Of a stretch of DNA of 64,000 nucleotides, positions 1 to 9,762 are shown piece by piece; the stretch's first letter is position 1; each line of letters starts with the position of its first letter. The stretch spans positions 107,358 through 171,357 of the forward strand of contig JAPYRN010000003.1 in assembly GCA_029941565.1 (NCBI GenBank), read 5' to 3'. The DNA is from Candidatus Latescibacterota bacterium. GTDB lineage: Bacteria > Latescibacterota > UBA2968 > UBA8231. Under the pieces are notes generated by a model. It made no database searches. It was not told the DNA's origin and saw nothing but the letters and a program-made list of their open reading frames with translations. The position numbers and the translations under genes are program-made.

Positions 1-1299
1 CTCGTAGCGGATGACGACGACATCGCCGTCGACGATCGCCCCACTCTGAATCGCCGGCAGAACATCCTCCTCACGCTCGAAGACCTTTGCCGGACCGGTG
101 TGCTCTGTGCGCTCGTGGCCGGCGAGTTTCGCCACACATCCCTCCGGCGCCAGGTTGCCCCGCAGAACGACGAGGCCGCCACTCAGCTTGAGTGGCTTAT
201 CGACTGGGCGCACGACCTGCTGGTCCGGTGTCTCCACCGCCCCTTGTGCCTCCTGGCCGATCGTGTTTCCGGTGACGGTTACACAATCCGAATGCAGGCA
301 GTCCCGAGCCTGCAGTCGGTTGGCGACGAGCGCGATGCCGCCGGCGCGGTGCAGATCTGAGGCAACGTATAGGCCCCCCGGTTTCATACTCACCATCAGC
401 GGCGTTCGTTGCGAGATCTCATGGAAGTCTTCCAGGCTTAACTCGATATCATATTCGTGGGCGATGGCGAGAAAATGCAGAACGCCATTCGTCGATCCAC
501 CCGTCGTGGCGATCGACGCGATGGCATTTTCGATCGAGGCGCGGGTGACGATCTGCCGTGGACGCAGATCCCGCCGCACGATATCGACGGCAAGGCGGCC
601 GATGTCGACGGCCATTTCCAGCTTCTCCGGGTCCGTCGCCGGGATCGAACCAGAACCCATCTTTGCCAGACCGAGCAGTTCTACGGCGGTTGCCATCGTA
701 TTGGCGGTGAATTGACCACCGCAGGAGCCGGCTCCCGGGCAGGCAGTGTCTTCGATGGTTTTCAATTCGTCGGCGCTGATCTTGCCCTTCGAGTGGGCGC
801 CGATGGCCTCGAAAACATCCTGGATCGTCAGATCGCGGCCATCGAGGTTACCGGGCATGATGGAGCCGCCGTAGAACACGATGGAAGGCACATCGAGACG
901 GCCCAGGGCGAGGATGGCACCGGGCGTGGTCTTGTCGCAGCCCGTCATGGCGACGACTCCGTCGAGCATGTGTCCACGAGCGACGAGTTCGATCGAGTCA
1001 GCGATGACTTCGCGGCTGACGAGAGAGGCCTTCATGCCCTCTGAACCCATGGTGATGCCATCGGAGACGGTGATCGTATTGTATTCCAAGGGCGTACCAC
1101 CGGCGTCGCGTACGCCCTGTTTCACGTATTCGGCTAGATCCCGCAGGTGGTAGTTACAAGGGCCGATTTCCGTCCACGTGTTGGCGATGCCGATCATCGG
1201 CTTGCTGAGGTCGTCATCGGTGTAGCCGGCGGCCTTATACATCGCCCGGGCTGCAGCGCGACTGGTGCCATCGACAATTGCACGACTCGGTCGATTCAT
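1..1299 (-). CDS. ilvD: Dihydroxy-acid dehydratase, IlvD/EDD family; N-terminal ~433 aa, C-terminus lies beyond the window edge
   Basis: Reverse-strand translation from ATG at 1299-1297 reads MNRPSRAIVDGTSRAAARAMYKAAGYTDDDLSKPMIGIANTW...MTGCDKTTPG...CPGAGSCGGQFTANTM...GDVVVIRYE with no stop before position 1. It is absent from the ORF track because it is truncated by the edge. Its start overlaps the stop of the upstream gene (ATGA). Confidence 0.85.
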   Translation of the reverse strand, partial: MNRPSRAIVDGTSRAAARAMYKAAGYTDDDLSKPMIGIANTWTEIGPCNYHLRDLAEYVKQGVRDAGGTPLEYNTITVSDGITMGSEGMKASLVSREVIADSIELVARGHMLDGVVAMTGCDKTTPGAILALGRLDVPSIVFYGGSIMPGNLDGRDLTIQDVFEAIGAHSKGKISADELKTIEDTACPGAGSCGGQFTANTMATAVELLGLAKMGSGSIPATDPEKLEMAVDIGRLAVDIVRRDLRPRQIVTRASIENAIASIATTGGSTNGVLHFLAIAHEYDIELSLEDFHEISQRTPLMVSMKPGGLYVASDLHRAGGIALVANRLQARDCLHSDCVTVTGNTIGQEAQGAVETPDQQVVRPVDKPLKLSGGLVVLRGNLAPEGCVAKLAGHERTEHTGPAKVFEREEDVLPAIQSGAIVDGDVVVIRYE

Positions 1300-2580
1300 A
1301 GGGTGGCTGCCTTCTTCTCGTCGATACGGAAACAGGCATACTGATTGTCATACATCAGTCCCGTGGCGACACCGATCGCCTGGTTTTCCGTCAATAGGCC
1401 GTCGTCGACTTCAGCCTCCAGGGCACGGGTCAGCCAACGACGCGCCTGGATGGCGTAGGCGACGGCACTGGTGGGCCAGCTGGTGTCGCCGCCGAAAGCA
1501 AAGAGCTTGTTCGCTGGTGCCGCGTGCAGAAAGCGACGCACGAAATCCATGCCGGAGTACGGGTCGATGGACCAGGCCCAGCAGAGATCGGCGTAGACAT
1601 TGCGGTAGTGTTTCGTCAACGCCAGCAGTTCCTGTGAATAGGGGTAGGCGATATGCATCAGCACGAAGCGGCAGTCGAGATATTTGGCGAGCAGTGTGCA
1701 GAGATTTCCAGCCTTGATCCGGCTGACCGGCATGCGGTCGGTGCCGGCGTAATATCCCGTGTGCAGCTTGAAGGGCAAGTCGTGTTCGATCGCCAGTTCG
1801 ATCCCGCGTGCCCAGCACCAATCGCCGAGGGCGAGGCGGGTCGTCTCATCGACATCCCCCCCGCGCAGGGTCGTCTGCAGAGCGGCGGCTGCTTCGGCAT
1901 CGCTGCGCTCTTGCCAGTTCAGCGTGCGGCTGTATGCGTGTTGTGCTTTAACGGCGATAGCGCGGTCCGCGTACTTGGCGAACAGGCCAGCCATCGCCTG
2001 ACGCAAGGTCGCCAGATCCGACACGGTGACACCTGTCTCCTGGGCCAAATTTTCCACATCGAGCTGACCATTGCAGAAGCCTGCCCAGCTGATATCGTAA
2101 AAGAAGAAGCCTGGGCCCGAGGCGTCGCTGACGCACGGCCAGCAGAAATCGTCCGTCTGACAATGATCGATGCCGCCGACCTCCTGCAGCAGCTGTCGGC
2201 GACCCCCTGGCTGTCGCCATTCGGTCAACTTGGACTGCGCTCCTGCCAGATCGGCGCCGCCCCAGTCAGGGCCCAGATCGTATACCTCGTCTGCAAGGAT
2301 GCCAACGGCTTCGCCGTACCCGGTAAAACGAATGGCCTTCCACGCCGACTCGATGGCGGCAAAACGCGTGGCCATGTCGCCAGCGGACGGGTCTGTCAGG
2401 TTGCCGACGGCTGCAGACGTGGCACCGGCGCTGATGAGGTCGGCGGGCACGTAGTTGGAGAACAGGTCGCTGAGCACGTCGGCGGGCCCTTCGTCAACCC
2501 ATTGGTTCTCTTTGCGCAGGTGCTCATGGGTGTCGACGAGCGGCTGGGACTGGATGTGTTCGCTGAGGTCGGAAGGCATG
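1296..2580 (-). CDS. Amidohydrolase-superfamily (TIM-barrel metal-dependent hydrolase) protein, translationally coupled to ilvD-family gene
   Basis: Track ORF 1296..2735(-). An N-terminal H-x-H motif (VDTHEHL) sits just after Met at 2580 (MPSDLSEHIQSQPLVDTHEHL), and FGGDTSWP lies near the C-terminus. Proposed start is ATG at 2580-2578; the alternative start at 2735 adds 52 aa with no homology signal. Confidence 0.6.
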
Positions 2581-2713
2581 GCTGAGGGCCTCGGAGTATT
2601 GAAGGGGTGGGCGATGTCGCAGGCAGGCTCACAGTAGCAGAGCGCGATGACCCCGTCAACCAGCACCTGTGCTGGCTTGCCGCCGGTCGTCGTCGCCGCT
2701 ACTGTCACAGGTG

Positions 2714-3139
2714 ATGCCTTGGCACCCGATTGCAATTCATTTTCCCATCGCCCTGCTCACGGCGGCCGTCGTCGTCGATGTGATCGCCGTGTTACGTTGC
2801 CGTGACAATGCCCTGCACCGGATCGCCTATGCCCTGTTGGTTGCAGGCACAATCGGCGCCGGCGCGTCGGTGCTCAGTGGCAATGCTGATGCCGCCGACT
2901 ATCGACAAACGCCTGTGGCGGCCGCCATCCAGGACCACGAGGATCTGGGAACGGCGACATTTCTCCTGTTTCTGATGCTGGTGCTGGCCCGGTTGCCCCG
3001 GATCCTGCGGCCACCGCCGAAGGTGGGCAAGGCATGGGTCTGGCTGCTACCCGCCGTGGTCGGGCTGGTGTTGCTCTTGTTTACCAGCTACCATGGGGGT
3101 GAGTTGGTCTACGTCAAAGGTGTTGGTGTCAATCACTGA
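2714..3139 (+). CDS. DUF2231-type integral membrane protein
   Basis: Track ORF 2669..3139(+). The likely start is ATG 2714 (MPWHPIAIHFPIALLTAAVVVD), followed by four predicted TM helices. Its end overlaps rpiA convergently. Confidence 0.55.
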   Translation: MPWHPIAIHFPIALLTAAVVVDVIAVLRCRDNALHRIAYALLVAGTIGAGASVLSGNADAADYRQTPVAAAIQDHEDLGTATFLLFLMLVLARLPRILRPPPKVGKAWVWLLPAVVGLVLLLFTSYHGGELVYVKGVGVNH

Positions 3140-3828
3140 CTTCCAGAGCGGGCCATCACCCGGCACTGGCCATCGTCGAGACCGACGACGACGATGTCGG
3201 TGAGGCCGACGAAGAGGCCGTTTTCGACAACACCGGGGATCTCGTCGATCGTGCGATCCAGTGATCCGGCATCACCGATGCCATTGGGGAAGTGGCAATC
3301 GAGGATAAAGTTGCCATTGTCGGTGACAAATCGCTCACCGTCATCACCAAGGCGTAACTCGGCGCGCTGGCAGAGGTCCAGCAGGCGCAGTTTGGCCAGT
3401 CCCCAGGCGAAGGGTATTACCTCCACTGGAAGAGGGGCCCGAGTACCGAGGCGATCGACGAGTTTTCCTGGATCGACGATGATGATCTCGAGGCTACTCG
3501 CGGCGGCGACGATCTTCTCCCGCAGCAGTGCACCGCCGAGCCCTTTGATCAGTTCGAGATCGGGATCGACTTCGTCGGCGCCGTCAATCGTCAGATCGAT
3601 GGCGGGATTGTCCTCCAGAGTTTGGATGTCGAGGCCCAATTGTTCACCCAATGCGGCGGAGGACTCGGAGGTCGGCACGCAGCGAATCTCAAGACCTTCT
3701 TCCTGCACGCGGTCCCCAAGGGCACGAATAGCGAATTCTGCCGTGGAACCGGTACCCAGCCCCACCACCATGCCGTCCTGGATATATTCCACCGCCCTGC
3801 GGGCAGCCAATTCCTTGTGATCAGACAT
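3133..3828 (-). CDS. rpiA: Ribose-5-phosphate isomerase A
   Basis: 231 aa with MSDHKELAARRAVEYIQDGMVVGLGTGSTAEF and DGADEVD motifs. Confidence 0.9.
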   Translation of the reverse strand: MSDHKELAARRAVEYIQDGMVVGLGTGSTAEFAIRALGDRVQEEGLEIRCVPTSESSAALGEQLGLDIQTLEDNPAIDLTIDGADEVDPDLELIKGLGGALLREKIVAAASSLEIIIVDPGKLVDRLGTRAPLPVEVIPFAWGLAKLRLLDLCQRAELRLGDDGERFVTDNGNFILDCHFPNGIGDAGSLDRTIDEIPGVVENGLFVGLTDIVVVGLDDGQCRVMARSGSQ

Positions 3829-3843
3829 TTCCAGTTCTCTCCT

Positions 3844-4311
3844 CTACAGACGCATCAGGTAATGAATCTGGCGACCCACTTCTTCGAAACCGACATCAGG
3901 ATAGAATCGGGAGCCTACGCTATTCTGCTCGAGGGTTTCGATCTTGGCGGCTTCCATGCCCTCGATACGCATGAATTCGAGGGCATGCTCCATCAACAGT
4001 CGTCCCAGGCCGCGTCCCTGACAGTCGGGATCGACAGCCATGTTTGGGATCCAGCCTATGCGACTAGCGCCATCGAGTCGAGTCGTGATGTAGCCGAGAA
4101 CTTTCCCCCCCTCTTCGAAGACGAAGACCCCTCGAGCATTGTCGCCGGCGACATCGGAGTCGATGTGGCGCAATTTGCGAAAACGCCAGTCCTGGTCCCC
4201 GATGGGGCCGAATTTCTCTTCGATGTTGCGATCGACGGAGACGCCGTCGAAGCAGATCGCCGTGATCTCCTTCAAGCGCTCAAGGTCACTGCTCTGGTAT
4301 GGCCGGATCAT
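3844..4311 (-). CDS. GNAT family N-acetyltransferase
   Basis: Track ORF 3844..4443(-). Likely start Met at 4311-4309 (MIRPYQSSDLERLKEITA...), with AGGAAG about 12 nt upstream on the coding strand. Acetyl-CoA motif QGRGLGRLLMEHALE. Confidence 0.7.
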   Translation of the reverse strand: MIRPYQSSDLERLKEITAICFDGVSVDRNIEEKFGPIGDQDWRFRKLRHIDSDVAGDNARGVFVFEEGGKVLGYITTRLDGASRIGWIPNMAVDPDCQGRGLGRLLMEHALEFMRIEGMEAAKIETLEQNSVGSRFYPDVGFEEVGRQIHYLMRL

Positions 4312-4394
4312 GGGAGGATTTCTTCCTGGGCTTCGAGCAGAGGGCAGAATAAATTGGCCTACGATTCCTGTCAAAGCGCGCCAGGGGCACCCAG

Positions 4395-5543
4395 TTGACG
4401 GAAGTGGTCCCAAAGGGTCCCGTCGTCGCCCACTGCGCAACACCCTATCTGTGGGACGGTGGGGGGGCCTGGATCTACAATCAGATCGCCTGGCTGCAGC
4501 GTTGGCACCCGGTGGTCCTCACCCAGGAGGCACGCAATCTCGAGCAATATCCGGTGCCCGAGTTGCACTCAGCAGAGGATTTCAGCCCGCATCGGCGGCT
4601 GCTGAACCGCATCTGGCGACGATGCACGGGGGAATACGCATTCTATGACGACCTCCTGCGCGATATGGGGGCGCAGCTGGTCCATGCCCATTTCGGTTAC
4701 CAGGCCTGCCGCTGTCTGGGAGCGATCCGGTCCACGGGCCTGCCCCTGCTGACGACATTCTACGGTGCCGACGCGACCAGCTACGCGCGACAACCGGAGT
4801 GGCAGCGGCGGTATGTGGAGTTGTTTTACCGGGGACGGCTGTTTCTTGCCGAAGGTTCGACGATGGCGAAGCATGTCGCGGCCTCTGGTGCACCGGAAGA
4901 ACGGATCCGCATCCATCATCTCGGCGTCGATACGTCCCAGATTCCGTTCCGCGAACGCGAGCCAAAGGACACGGTACGGGTGTTGATGTGTGGTCACTTT
5001 CGCGAGAAGAAGGGTTTTCCCGATGGCCTCAGGGCGCTTGGACGGGCTGTGAAAGCGGCACCGGGAATCGATCTCCAGGTCGTCATGATCGGGGACGGAC
5101 CCGACCGCGGCAAGGTTCTCGAGGCGATCGGAGACTCGGGGCTTGGCGAGCGTGTTGAGTTAATGGGACTCAGGTCGTATAAGGAAGTCCTGCAAGAACT
5201 TGACTCCTGTGACCTTTTGCTTCAGCCAAGTCGAACCGCTACGGATGGAGATGCCGAAGGCGGAGCGCCCGTCATCCTGCTCGACGCCCAGGCAGCCGGC
5301 GTGCCGGTGGTGGCCACGACACATGCGGACATTCCAGAATATGTCATCGACGGCGAAAGCGGGCTGTTGGCTCCCGAGAAGGACCTCGAGGCGCTGACCG
5401 AGATCCTGCGAAAGCTGTTGACGACTCCGGAAAGCTGGGCACAGATGGGACGACGGGGGAGGCAACACGTGGAGCGCGAGTACGACGCTCGCCGTCAGGC
5501 ACAACGCCTGGAGGAGATCTACGACGAATTGGTCTCCGAGTGA
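4395..5543 (+). CDS. Glycosyltransferase family 4 (GT-B, group 1)
   Basis: 382 aa with a C-terminal GT4 signature (ESGLLAPEKDLEALTEILRKL, EGGAPVILLDAQAAGVPVVAT). Divergent from the GNAT gene. Confidence 0.75.
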   Translation: MTEVVPKGPVVAHCATPYLWDGGGAWIYNQIAWLQRWHPVVLTQEARNLEQYPVPELHSAEDFSPHRRLLNRIWRRCTGEYAFYDDLLRDMGAQLVHAHFGYQACRCLGAIRSTGLPLLTTFYGADATSYARQPEWQRRYVELFYRGRLFLAEGSTMAKHVAASGAPEERIRIHHLGVDTSQIPFREREPKDTVRVLMCGHFREKKGFPDGLRALGRAVKAAPGIDLQVVMIGDGPDRGKVLEAIGDSGLGERVELMGLRSYKEVLQELDSCDLLLQPSRTATDGDAEGGAPVILLDAQAAGVPVVATTHADIPEYVIDGESGLLAPEKDLEALTEILRKLLTTPESWAQMGRRGRQHVEREYDARRQAQRLEEIYDELVSE

Positions 5544-5809
5544 CAAACCAGACCCACAAGGCCCACCTCAGGCTGCCTTGCGCAGCCATCGGGCACGGTG
5601 GAGGAGTTGGCTCTGCAGATGTGGACGGCCTACAGGGCAATCGCGGCACGGGGCGGGTAGAATCGACCCGGTTGGGATCGATCTCAGACATGTCCAATCG
5701 CCTTAAATAGTCTTGAAAATAGATTGTGGTACAATGAGTTAAGGCTACTTATTGGAATGACTCCCTGCAGCGAGTCGTACCGTGGCCACAAAGACAGAAA
5801 ATCACGATC

Positions 5810-6442
5810 TTACTCCTGTGGCAGGGCGTCAGAGCGACAACAGCGAAAGCCGATGAGGTCGAGGCTGTACGTCGCTGTCAGATATCGACCGTAGCGGCCA
5901 TCAGAGCGAGCGAAATTCACGCTTTGAAACCACGACCCACCACGCACAACACGCCAACCTGCAGCCTCGTTATACCAGCCGTCAGTCCACTCCCATACAT
6001 TGCCGATCATGTCGTGTACACCGGCGGGTGTGTGGCAGTCTTCAAAGGTCCCACTGGGCACGGCGCCGCCATCGCGAACCCAATCCTGCCCATCTGACCA
6101 GGGTGTATTACAGCGGCGCGGTTCGAACTCCGAGCCATACCCATAGTCGAGGTTGTCCGGACCCCGCGACGCCTGTTCCCACTCGGCCTCTGTGCACAAT
6201 CGCTGCTCGCGGTCAGCACAAAGTTGCCGGGCCTCCTCCCAGGTGACGTCGGTCAGGGGTAGCTGGCCAGAGATGTTGGGATATTCGAATCGATCGATCC
6301 AGAACTCACCGATACGGATCTGATCGACATTTCCCGTGCCGGTCTCGGCCGATCTTCCCGGCACGGGTCCCAGCAGTGCGGTCAGGGCAAGCATCGGTAC
6401 CCAACCCGAGACTGTCCTGACGCCTGGTGAGGGTCCGATCAT
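5810..6442 (-). CDS. Secreted FGE-sulfatase (SUMF1/GldJ/PorK-type) domain protein
   Basis: 210 aa with a signal peptide and formylglycine-generating-enzyme fold motifs (RGGSWF, NVWEWT, YRCC-like). Its start overlaps the stop of the upstream CBM9-like gene (ATGA). Confidence 0.75.
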   Translation of the reverse strand: MIGPSPGVRTVSGWVPMLALTALLGPVPGRSAETGTGNVDQIRIGEFWIDRFEYPNISGQLPLTDVTWEEARQLCADREQRLCTEAEWEQASRGPDNLDYGYGSEFEPRRCNTPWSDGQDWVRDGGAVPSGTFEDCHTPAGVHDMIGNVWEWTDGWYNEAAGWRVVRGGSWFQSVNFARSDGRYGRYLTATYSLDLIGFRCCRSDALPQE

Positions 6443-7395
6443 GGGGCAAACTCGATGATGCCAAAGCGCTCTGGATGGTGGAAACCGCGTTGGAAGGTAG
6501 GACTCCAGGCAGTGTATTCGGTTGCCGCGCTGTTGTGCTCGAACAGAGGTTTCGCCTCCTCCTGTATCAACGCCAGCTCCGCCTCCAAACGGCGCCGATT
6601 CTCCGAGTCATCCTCGTCGAGGGCGGCAAGCTGCTCCCGCAGAGGGCGCACTCGCTCCATGAAAGCGCGCAACGATGCACCCACCCCGGCGCCAGCGCCG
6701 CGTTCGATTCGATAGAGATTGAGCCGCCAGCGATCGCCGACGGATGGACGCCCACCGCCGGTGATCGTCGGGGCAAAGGCGTTCCAGGGGATGGCCATCT
6801 CTACGGACCAGCCCGTGTCGACATCCGTGCTGTCGTTGACCGTGCCGTGGACGCCGACGGCGGTTTGCAGGCCGGCGATGTCCCAGTCTTTGTCAGAGAC
6901 CCACTCCGGACTCACGGAGCCGATATGCAGATCGACGATGGCATTCAGCGGATTCACCTCGACCTCGAGGTAGTCTCGGCCATCGCCATCGGGGTCGATG
7001 AAGGCCTCCACGACCTCCTCCGACCACATGGGGTCGTCCTCCTCTGTGTATAGGGCCCACATGTCCGTATCCCGGCAGGCGAAGGCGATGTAGAGCGCCT
7101 CTTCACCCCAAACGATCTTGGCGCGAGTCGCTTGCTGTACGTGTCCGTAGTCGTTGAGAATCCGTGTCAGGCCGTCGATCTGGGGCGCTGCCGCCCAGGC
7201 GAACTCGTCCAGTCGACCATCGATGGTGATCGGCGAGTCGGTCTGGCGGACCAGATAGTGGGGCAGGGTGCTCTCAGAAAATGGCTGGAGTGAGCTGACG
7301 GCGGACTCCGCCGCGTGCGTCGAGGTACTGAGTCCTGCCGCCAGAACACAACTGCAGCCCAACGTGATTAAAGCGTGACTCGCGATCCTTGACAT
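6439..7395 (-). CDS. Secreted CBM9-like (DOMON-type carbohydrate-binding family 9) domain protein
   Basis: Track ORF 6439..7551(-). Likely start ATG 7395-7393 (MSRIASHALITLGCSCVLAAGL signal peptide) with GGGAGA about 8 nt upstream. Motifs DGRLDEFAWAAAP...ALYIAFACRDTDMW...EAFIDPDGDGRDYLEVEVNPLN. Confidence 0.6.
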   Translation of the reverse strand: MSRIASHALITLGCSCVLAAGLSTSTHAAESAVSSLQPFSESTLPHYLVRQTDSPITIDGRLDEFAWAAAPQIDGLTRILNDYGHVQQATRAKIVWGEEALYIAFACRDTDMWALYTEEDDPMWSEEVVEAFIDPDGDGRDYLEVEVNPLNAIVDLHIGSVSPEWVSDKDWDIAGLQTAVGVHGTVNDSTDVDTGWSVEMAIPWNAFAPTITGGGRPSVGDRWRLNLYRIERGAGAGVGASLRAFMERVRPLREQLAALDEDDSENRRRLEAELALIQEEAKPLFEHNSAATEYTAWSPTFQRGFHHPERFGIIEFAP

Positions 7396-7807
7396 GGGCT
7401 GTCTCCCTTCGGGCGTACTCGCAGCACAGCGTGGGCGAGCACATTCATGAGCAGGTATCCCGGCGTGGGGACCGCCGAGAGGTGATGCCGCAAAAACTCG
7501 CCTCCCACTACGCCGGAGGCAACCACTTTCACATCGGTTTGCCGAATCCACTGATATCAGGCGGAAGGGGCGCCCACCACATTGGAAAGACTTTCCTCAG
7601 AATCCTCTGAACGCCGTTCTGTCGTACTTCATACAACTTACATATATACAATGATTTAAGATGTTTATTACGAGTGATGGGAGGGTGGCACACCCCTTGC
7701 TCAAAAGACCACATGGATCCGTATGCACACGCAGGCTTTTGCGTCGTCCTGGCAACGTCACAACGGGATCGACAATGATCGAAGGCATCTTCATTTCCGC
7801 TTGAGGC

Positions 7808-8259
7808 ATGTTACCAAAATCCACACGCCACGAAGCGATTGCCAACAACCTGGCCAACATCGAAGTGCCCGGTTTCAAGCGGGATGCCATGTTTCTGCGC
7901 GAAGTCCAGGAAGCGATTCCGGTGACTACCCGGACTGGCGGATCAACCGCTTCGATGGTATGTGGACGGACTTTGAGCAGGGCAAGCTCAGACGCACGGG
8001 GGGTATGTTCGGTGTAGCCATCTCCGGAAAAGGGTTCTTCGCCGTGCAGACACCGGACGGAGTCCAGTACACCCGCATTGGAACATTCGCCCGCAGCAAC
8101 CAGGGGGTCCTCGTCAATATGCTGGGCCAACCTGTGCTCGACGTGGGGCGAGCCTATCGATGTACCACCTTCTCGCAGCCTTTGATCGACGCCAATGGTA
8201 TCATCGAGGGTCGCGATGAACTGCTCGGTATCGATAAGGTTCTCGGCGTCGTCCGATGA
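7808..8259 (+). pseudogene. flgF: Flagellar rod protein remnant (FlgF/FlgB-like), frameshifted near 7920 and C-terminally truncated
   Basis: Frame 2 (7808-) reads MLPKSTRHEAIANNLANIEVPGFKRDAMFLREVQ, the rod-protein N-terminal motif. Frame 1 (to 8259) reads DFEQGKLRRTGGMFGVAISGKGFFAVQTPDGVQYTRIGTF, the FlgF/G core. The two frames do not join, and the total length is about 150 aa versus about 250 aa expected. Confidence 0.55.
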
Positions 8260-8299
8260 CGATGCCACACTTTGTGTCAGCATTGGAGAGGGAGTAATA

Positions 8300-9109
8300 G
8301 ATGAGCAGGGCCCTGTACACCGCTGCGACGGGCATGATCGCCCAACAGATGAACGTGGACAACATCGCCAACAACCTGGCGAATGTGACACGACAGGACA
8401 AAAAAAAGAAAGCTTGAGTTCCAGGATCTTCTTTATCAGCAACTGCGCCTCGCCGGGGCGACACAGAACGAGGGTGCGCAGGTGCCAGTAGAACTACAGA
8501 TAGGTTATGGCACACGCTCGGTGGCGACGCAGAGAATCTTTTCTCAAGGGACGGTGATCTCGACCCGGGCCTCGGTGCCGGTGCGCATTAAGGATATGGC
8601 TCGTCTGCAACTGGGTGAGGAGATACAGCTCACAGGCATGGGACTGATCATCGGCCAGGAGGGCACAGGGGACGGACGTCAGGCGAGTTTTACGCTGCGC
8701 ATGTTGGCCAACATGATGAAGCGCATGCAACTGGCGGTGGATCCAACCCAGATCCGGGTGCGCAATGTCGCCGCCGTGAGCACGACGGCGACGTTGTCTC
8801 CCTATCACCGTAAGGGGAGCCGCATAGATGTGCAGGTAGCCTCTCTCGGTGATGCCGAAACCCTCCAGAGGGCACGTTGTTGTGCACGCCACTTCTCGAC
8901 CAGATGGCCAGGTGTATGTGCAGGTGCAGGGCCCGGTGAGTGTTGGTGGCTTCAGCCTGGGTGGTGGTGATGCCGGTTCAGTGCTGAAGAACCACACCGT
9001 CGTAGGCAACATCCCGAATGGTGGTCTGGTAACGGCGGAAATAGAGCGTTTGCAGGACATGGACGGCCATATCGAACTCCTGCTCTTTGAGGGCAAGGGC
9101 ACAGTCTGA
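8300..9109 (+). pseudogene. flgG: Chimeric flgG 5' end fused by deletion to flgI internal region; multiple frameshifts
   Basis: [30 protein letters not shown] (FlgG N-terminus) then a frame break inside the A8 run at about 8395-8402. This is followed by FQDLLYQQLRLAGATQNEGAQVPVELQIGYGTRSVATQRIFSQG (FlgG), which runs directly into VRIKDMARLQLGEEIQLTGMGLIIGQEGTGDGRQASF...SRIDVQVASLGDAETL (FlgI). Two more frame changes at about 8865-8900 lead to RPDGQVYVQVQGPVSVGGF...GNIPNGGLV (FlgI). The flgG 3' part, flgH and the flgI 5' part are absent. Confidence 0.6.
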
Positions 9110-9393
9110 TCCGTGCCCAGGATATCATCCTCGAGTTGATGTATGCCCTGGATCAACAGTTGTTAGATGACGGCAATGAGTTGGCACTGAATCTGCAGCG
9201 ACTCTATCTGTACTGTTATCGCCGACTCGTACGCGCCAATACACGCCTTGATCGTGCAGCGATCGAAGAGGTGATCGAGTTGTTCAATAATCTCCTCGAG
9301 GCATGGGGAAAAGTGGCCGCCCAGAGCCCTGAAGGCCCACCTGTGCGAGATCGACCCTCGGTGGTCCTTCATCGATCTTCGGGACCAGAGTGA
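9106..9393 (+). pseudogene. fliS: fliS (flagellin-specific chaperone) 3' fragment, 5'-truncated at the junction with the flgI remnant
   Basis: LIRAQDIILELMYALDQQLLDDGNELALNLQRLYLYCYRRLVRANTRLDRAAIEEVIELFNNLLEAWGKV matches the C-terminal two-thirds of FliS. No N-terminal region or start codon is found. Confidence 0.5.
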
Positions 9394-9661
9394 ACGAGCT
9401 GCCCACCAGTTGCTCGACGACACCCGGCAGCAGTTACGTCAGGTCGGAAAAGGCCGCAGAGCATCCCGCGGCTATCACCGCCAGCCGTTCTCTCAAGAAG
9501 CCCGGTTCGTTGACAACGTGCGTTAAACGCTCAGCACCAGCTACCCTCTCCTCGTTCCACCCCGTGTGGCCCGCTCCGTACTCTGTCACAGGCGGATGTC
9601 ACCCCGATTGGGTGATTGTCCGATCCTGACGCCGGATCCTGACGCCGATGGTATATTGGGC

Positions 9662-9688
9662 TAAAGTTTCCAGGCGAAACGCCGATAT
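9662..9688 (+). promoter_or_regulatory. Sigma-28 (FliA) class promoter: TAAAGTTT-N11-GCCGATAT
   Basis: TAAAGTTT at 9662-9669 and GCCGATAT at 9681-9688, matching the FliA consensus TAAA-N15-GCCGATAA with exact spacing. It lies about 75 nt upstream of the flgM start. Confidence 0.6.
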
Positions 9689-9762
9689 ATACTGATAGAG
9701 CAGTAAAGCGATCGCGCCCGCAATCGCGGTTTGCGTCGCAACTCAGAGCGAAGGAACGCATC

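Noticed and set aside
7597-8442. 281-aa minus-strand ORF; also 8494..9156 (-) and 8201..8515 (-)
   Set aside because: They lie antisense to frames carrying clear flagellar-protein similarity. They have low-complexity Cys/Ser/Pro-rich composition with no recognisable domain. They are most likely GC-skew artefacts of the opposite strand.
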